Part shown: piece after piece, positions 56,156 to 58,402 of the stretch
Layout: every line of letters begins with the position of its first letter
Position numbering within the stretch: the stretch's first letter is position 1
NCBI GenBank assembly: GCA_030167865.1
Contig: JALAGF010003830.1
Span: 1-58,402, forward strand
Length of the DNA: 58,402 nucleotides
Source of the DNA: Craspedostauros australis
Taxonomy: Eukaryota
Direction: 5' to 3'
Notes under the pieces: generated by a model
What the model was told of the DNA's origin: nothing
What the model saw: only the letters and a program-made list of their open reading frames with translations
The model's database searches: none
Position numbers and translations under genes: made by a program

Positions 56156-56992
56156 ATGGCAACCATGATGTGCAATGGAATAATACAGATGGAGATCTGG
56201 ATGCGTGTGGCATTGGCCATGCTCGTCATGGCGTCCACATTGCGAACAACGGAATCATTGTCCACCAAAGCACCAAATAATCTGAAATACCGACCGGCCA
56301 AGTCATCCGACATTCCTCAGATCGCGACCTTGCTCACCACGACGTTCGAAGACATCGCGTCATGGAACTTCATTGAACGCAAGATTTCCAACGACAAGTA
56401 CACCAGCATGCTTGATCAACGCATGATACAGCTAGTCAATGTGGGTGCCAGGCACTCACTCATCGTCACCGTGGATCCAGCATCCAGCGATGATGTCGTC
56501 GGATTCATGGAATTGGGAATCTTGCCATCACCGGTCCCCATCCCCACTGGCAATGGCGAGGAAGGGAGACCGGAAATGCCGTATCTTGCCAACGTCGCGG
56601 TGTCAAACGACTACCGCAGACGAGGTATCGGCAGCACGCTCGTCAAGTTGGCGATGAAGATCGGCAAGAAATGGTGCGATGAGGACTTGGTACAATGCGA
56701 AGAATCCATCTCAGCATCAGAATCAATATGGACGACAGCAGCAGCGACAGCAACGGACCTTGACGATGACGGGGCTGTCGAGATTGGTGACGCCGCCACA
56801 TCGTCTGCCTGTCTGTTTCTTGCAGTCGAAAAGGACAACATGGCCGCGGTTCAGATGTACGAACGCTTGGACTTTGTGCGGATTATTGATGAAACGGCGA
56901 AACTATCGAAGGCGGCACAAAAGAAGCTGCGGAGACCTCCGAGGCTCTACTTCCAGAAGGATTTGAATGTGGAGGATAAAAAGAAATCATAG
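56156..56992 (+). CDS. GNAT-family N-acetyltransferase with N-terminal targeting peptide
   Basis: Acetyl-CoA motif A YLANVAVSNDYRRRGIGSTLV, motif B LAVEKDNMAAVQMYERLDF, hydrophobic N-terminus. Confidence 0.88.
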   Translation: MATMMCNGIIQMEIWMRVALAMLVMASTLRTTESLSTKAPNNLKYRPAKSSDIPQIATLLTTTFEDIASWNFIERKISNDKYTSMLDQRMIQLVNVGARHSLIVTVDPASSDDVVGFMELGILPSPVPIPTGNGEEGRPEMPYLANVAVSNDYRRRGIGSTLVKLAMKIGKKWCDEDLVQCEESISASESIWTTAAATATDLDDDGAVEIGDAATSSACLFLAVEKDNMAAVQMYERLDFVRIIDETAKLSKAAQKKLRRPPRLYFQKDLNVEDKKKS

Positions 56993-57255
56993 ATTTGACT
57001 ATAAACTAGACCAGACTCTCGAGCAGACCGAAGTGCACAACTTTCTTCGTACTATGCGGCAGCGATGGTGCTGGTGGTGTTATCTACGATAATGGTTCCT
57101 CCGGCGACACTGGCACGCGATGGCTGGCACGATGATGCAGCGTTCGCAAATACGATGATACACTCCGGGTGCTCCGTTCGATCATTTCTTTCCAACTCAT
57201 CAAGCCAACGAAGGCAAGAAGCGACTTGCAGTTCGTAATCACAATTCTCTCTTTT

Positions 57256-58401
57256 CTACAACGACGACCGGAGGTAACAAGTCGTTGCACTGCCAGCGGG
57301 GTGCCTGCTGACGAGACTTGCGTGAATGTGATCCACCGTTTCGCATCCACACAGGGCCATCGCTGCTTCAATCTCTTTCTGCAACAGTGCCAACAATCTG
57401 GCAACACCCTTCTTGCCACCTACCGAGAGAGCGAAGAAGATTGGCTTGCCAAGGCCGACAGCCGTTGCGCCCAATGCCAACGCCTTCACGACATCAGTTC
57501 CACGACGTACACCACCGTCCAGCAGGACTGGGACGCGGCCAGCCACCGCTGTAACGACTTCGGGCAACGCATCGATCGACGAGATGCAACCATCCAGCTG
57601 ACGGCCACCATGATTCGACACCATGATACCATCCGCGCCAGCCTCGATTGCCAGCTCGGCATCTTCGGCCGTCATGATGCCCTTGACGACGAGCGGCAGG
57701 TTGGGACAGGCCTTCATCTTCAACCATCTCACGTCGTCCCACGTCACGTCCTGTTCGAACATCTGCTCGATATTCTGATCCCACGCACCCTTGGTCTTGC
57801 CATTGTACGTCTCCTCCAGCTCCGCGGCCGTGTCGTCATAGTTGACCAACCGATGGGGCGGGGGCAGGGCGTTGAAGCCGTTGCGATCGTCGGCCTCACG
57901 GTATCCAAACCGCAAGGAATCCACGGTCAGGAAGATCCCCTTGTACCCGGCACGCACTGCGCGCTGCACGAGGTGCAGCGTGACTGCCCGATTCTTGAGG
58001 ATGTAGGCCTGGTACCATTTCGTGGCGTTCGGTGCCGCCCTCGCCACCTGCTCGATTGTGCGTGTCGAGTGCTGGGACAGACAGAACAGCACGTTGGCAT
58101 CGTCGCATGTCGACGCTGTCGTGCATTCCCCACCGACCGGTTCGCAGAGCCCATGGACACCGGCCGGGCTGACAAAGACGGGCATGGACATGGTCTCGCC
58201 GAAGAGGGAGGTTCGCGTGGTTATCCTGCCAATCGGCCTCATCATGCGCGGTCGCAAGAACCAGCGTTTGAACGCCCACCTATTTTCATGCAAGGTCTGC
58301 TCATCATCGGTTCCGGACGCCAGGTACTCGTACCGCGCAACCGGGAGGATGCGCTTGGCGGCCACCTGGAAGTCGTCCACGTTGAGGAGACGATCCACAT
58401 T
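57256..58401 (-). CDS. FMN-dependent alpha-hydroxyacid oxidase (glycolate oxidase family), peroxisomal; 5' end outside window
   Basis: YEYLASG.DDEQTLHEN, LTVDS, LVVKGIMTAEDA, catalytic SNHGGRQLD, LDGGVRRGTDVVKALALGA. C-terminal PTS1-like RSSL. No ATG before the window edge. Confidence 0.93.
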   Translation of the reverse strand, partial: NVDRLLNVDDFQVAAKRILPVARYEYLASGTDDEQTLHENRWAFKRWFLRPRMMRPIGRITTRTSLFGETMSMPVFVSPAGVHGLCEPVGGECTTASTCDDANVLFCLSQHSTRTIEQVARAAPNATKWYQAYILKNRAVTLHLVQRAVRAGYKGIFLTVDSLRFGYREADDRNGFNALPPPHRLVNYDDTAAELEETYNGKTKGAWDQNIEQMFEQDVTWDDVRWLKMKACPNLPLVVKGIMTAEDAELAIEAGADGIMVSNHGGRQLDGCISSIDALPEVVTAVAGRVPVLLDGGVRRGTDVVKALALGATAVGLGKPIFFALSVGGKKGVARLLALLQKEIEAAMALCGCETVDHIHASLVSRHPAGSATTCYLRSSL

Positions 58402-58402
58402 G

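Overview
Gene-dense eukaryotic nuclear DNA, very probably from a diatom. The evidence is GT-AG introns of about 150-360 nt, bipartite plastid presequences with ASAFAP-like motifs, diatom-type LRR membrane proteins, a helicase-associated (HA) repeat protein and an FTO orthologue. I found 21 protein-coding genes, in this order: ankyrin-BTB (5' truncated), EEF2KMT/METTL21-like methyltransferase, TOM40, bacterial-type amidase, tandem DUF1415-like protein, Rieske protein, ASCC2-like CUE protein, intronless LRR-TM protein, a small two-exon complex I subunit missing from the ORF track, RED/IK-like protein, FTO fused to a C-terminal ASCH domain, YME1/FtsH4, Ser-rich protein, small plastid membrane protein, HA-repeat protein, 1619-aa mucin-like surface protein with silaffin-like Lys motifs, plastid TM/coiled-coil protein, five-exon LRR-TM protein, rhodanese-methyltransferase fusion, GNAT, and a peroxisomal alpha-hydroxyacid oxidase (5' truncated). 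The best candidate for a new system is the FTO-ASCH fusion, which joins an RNA demethylase to a PUA-fold RNA-binding/processing domain. It lies head-to-head with the RED-like gene and about 7 kb from the ASCC2-like gene. No rRNA, tRNA, CRISPR array or recognisable transposon was seen. All family calls come from motif recognition by eye, and splice models come from GT-AG sites plus frame compatibility. No database searches were run.
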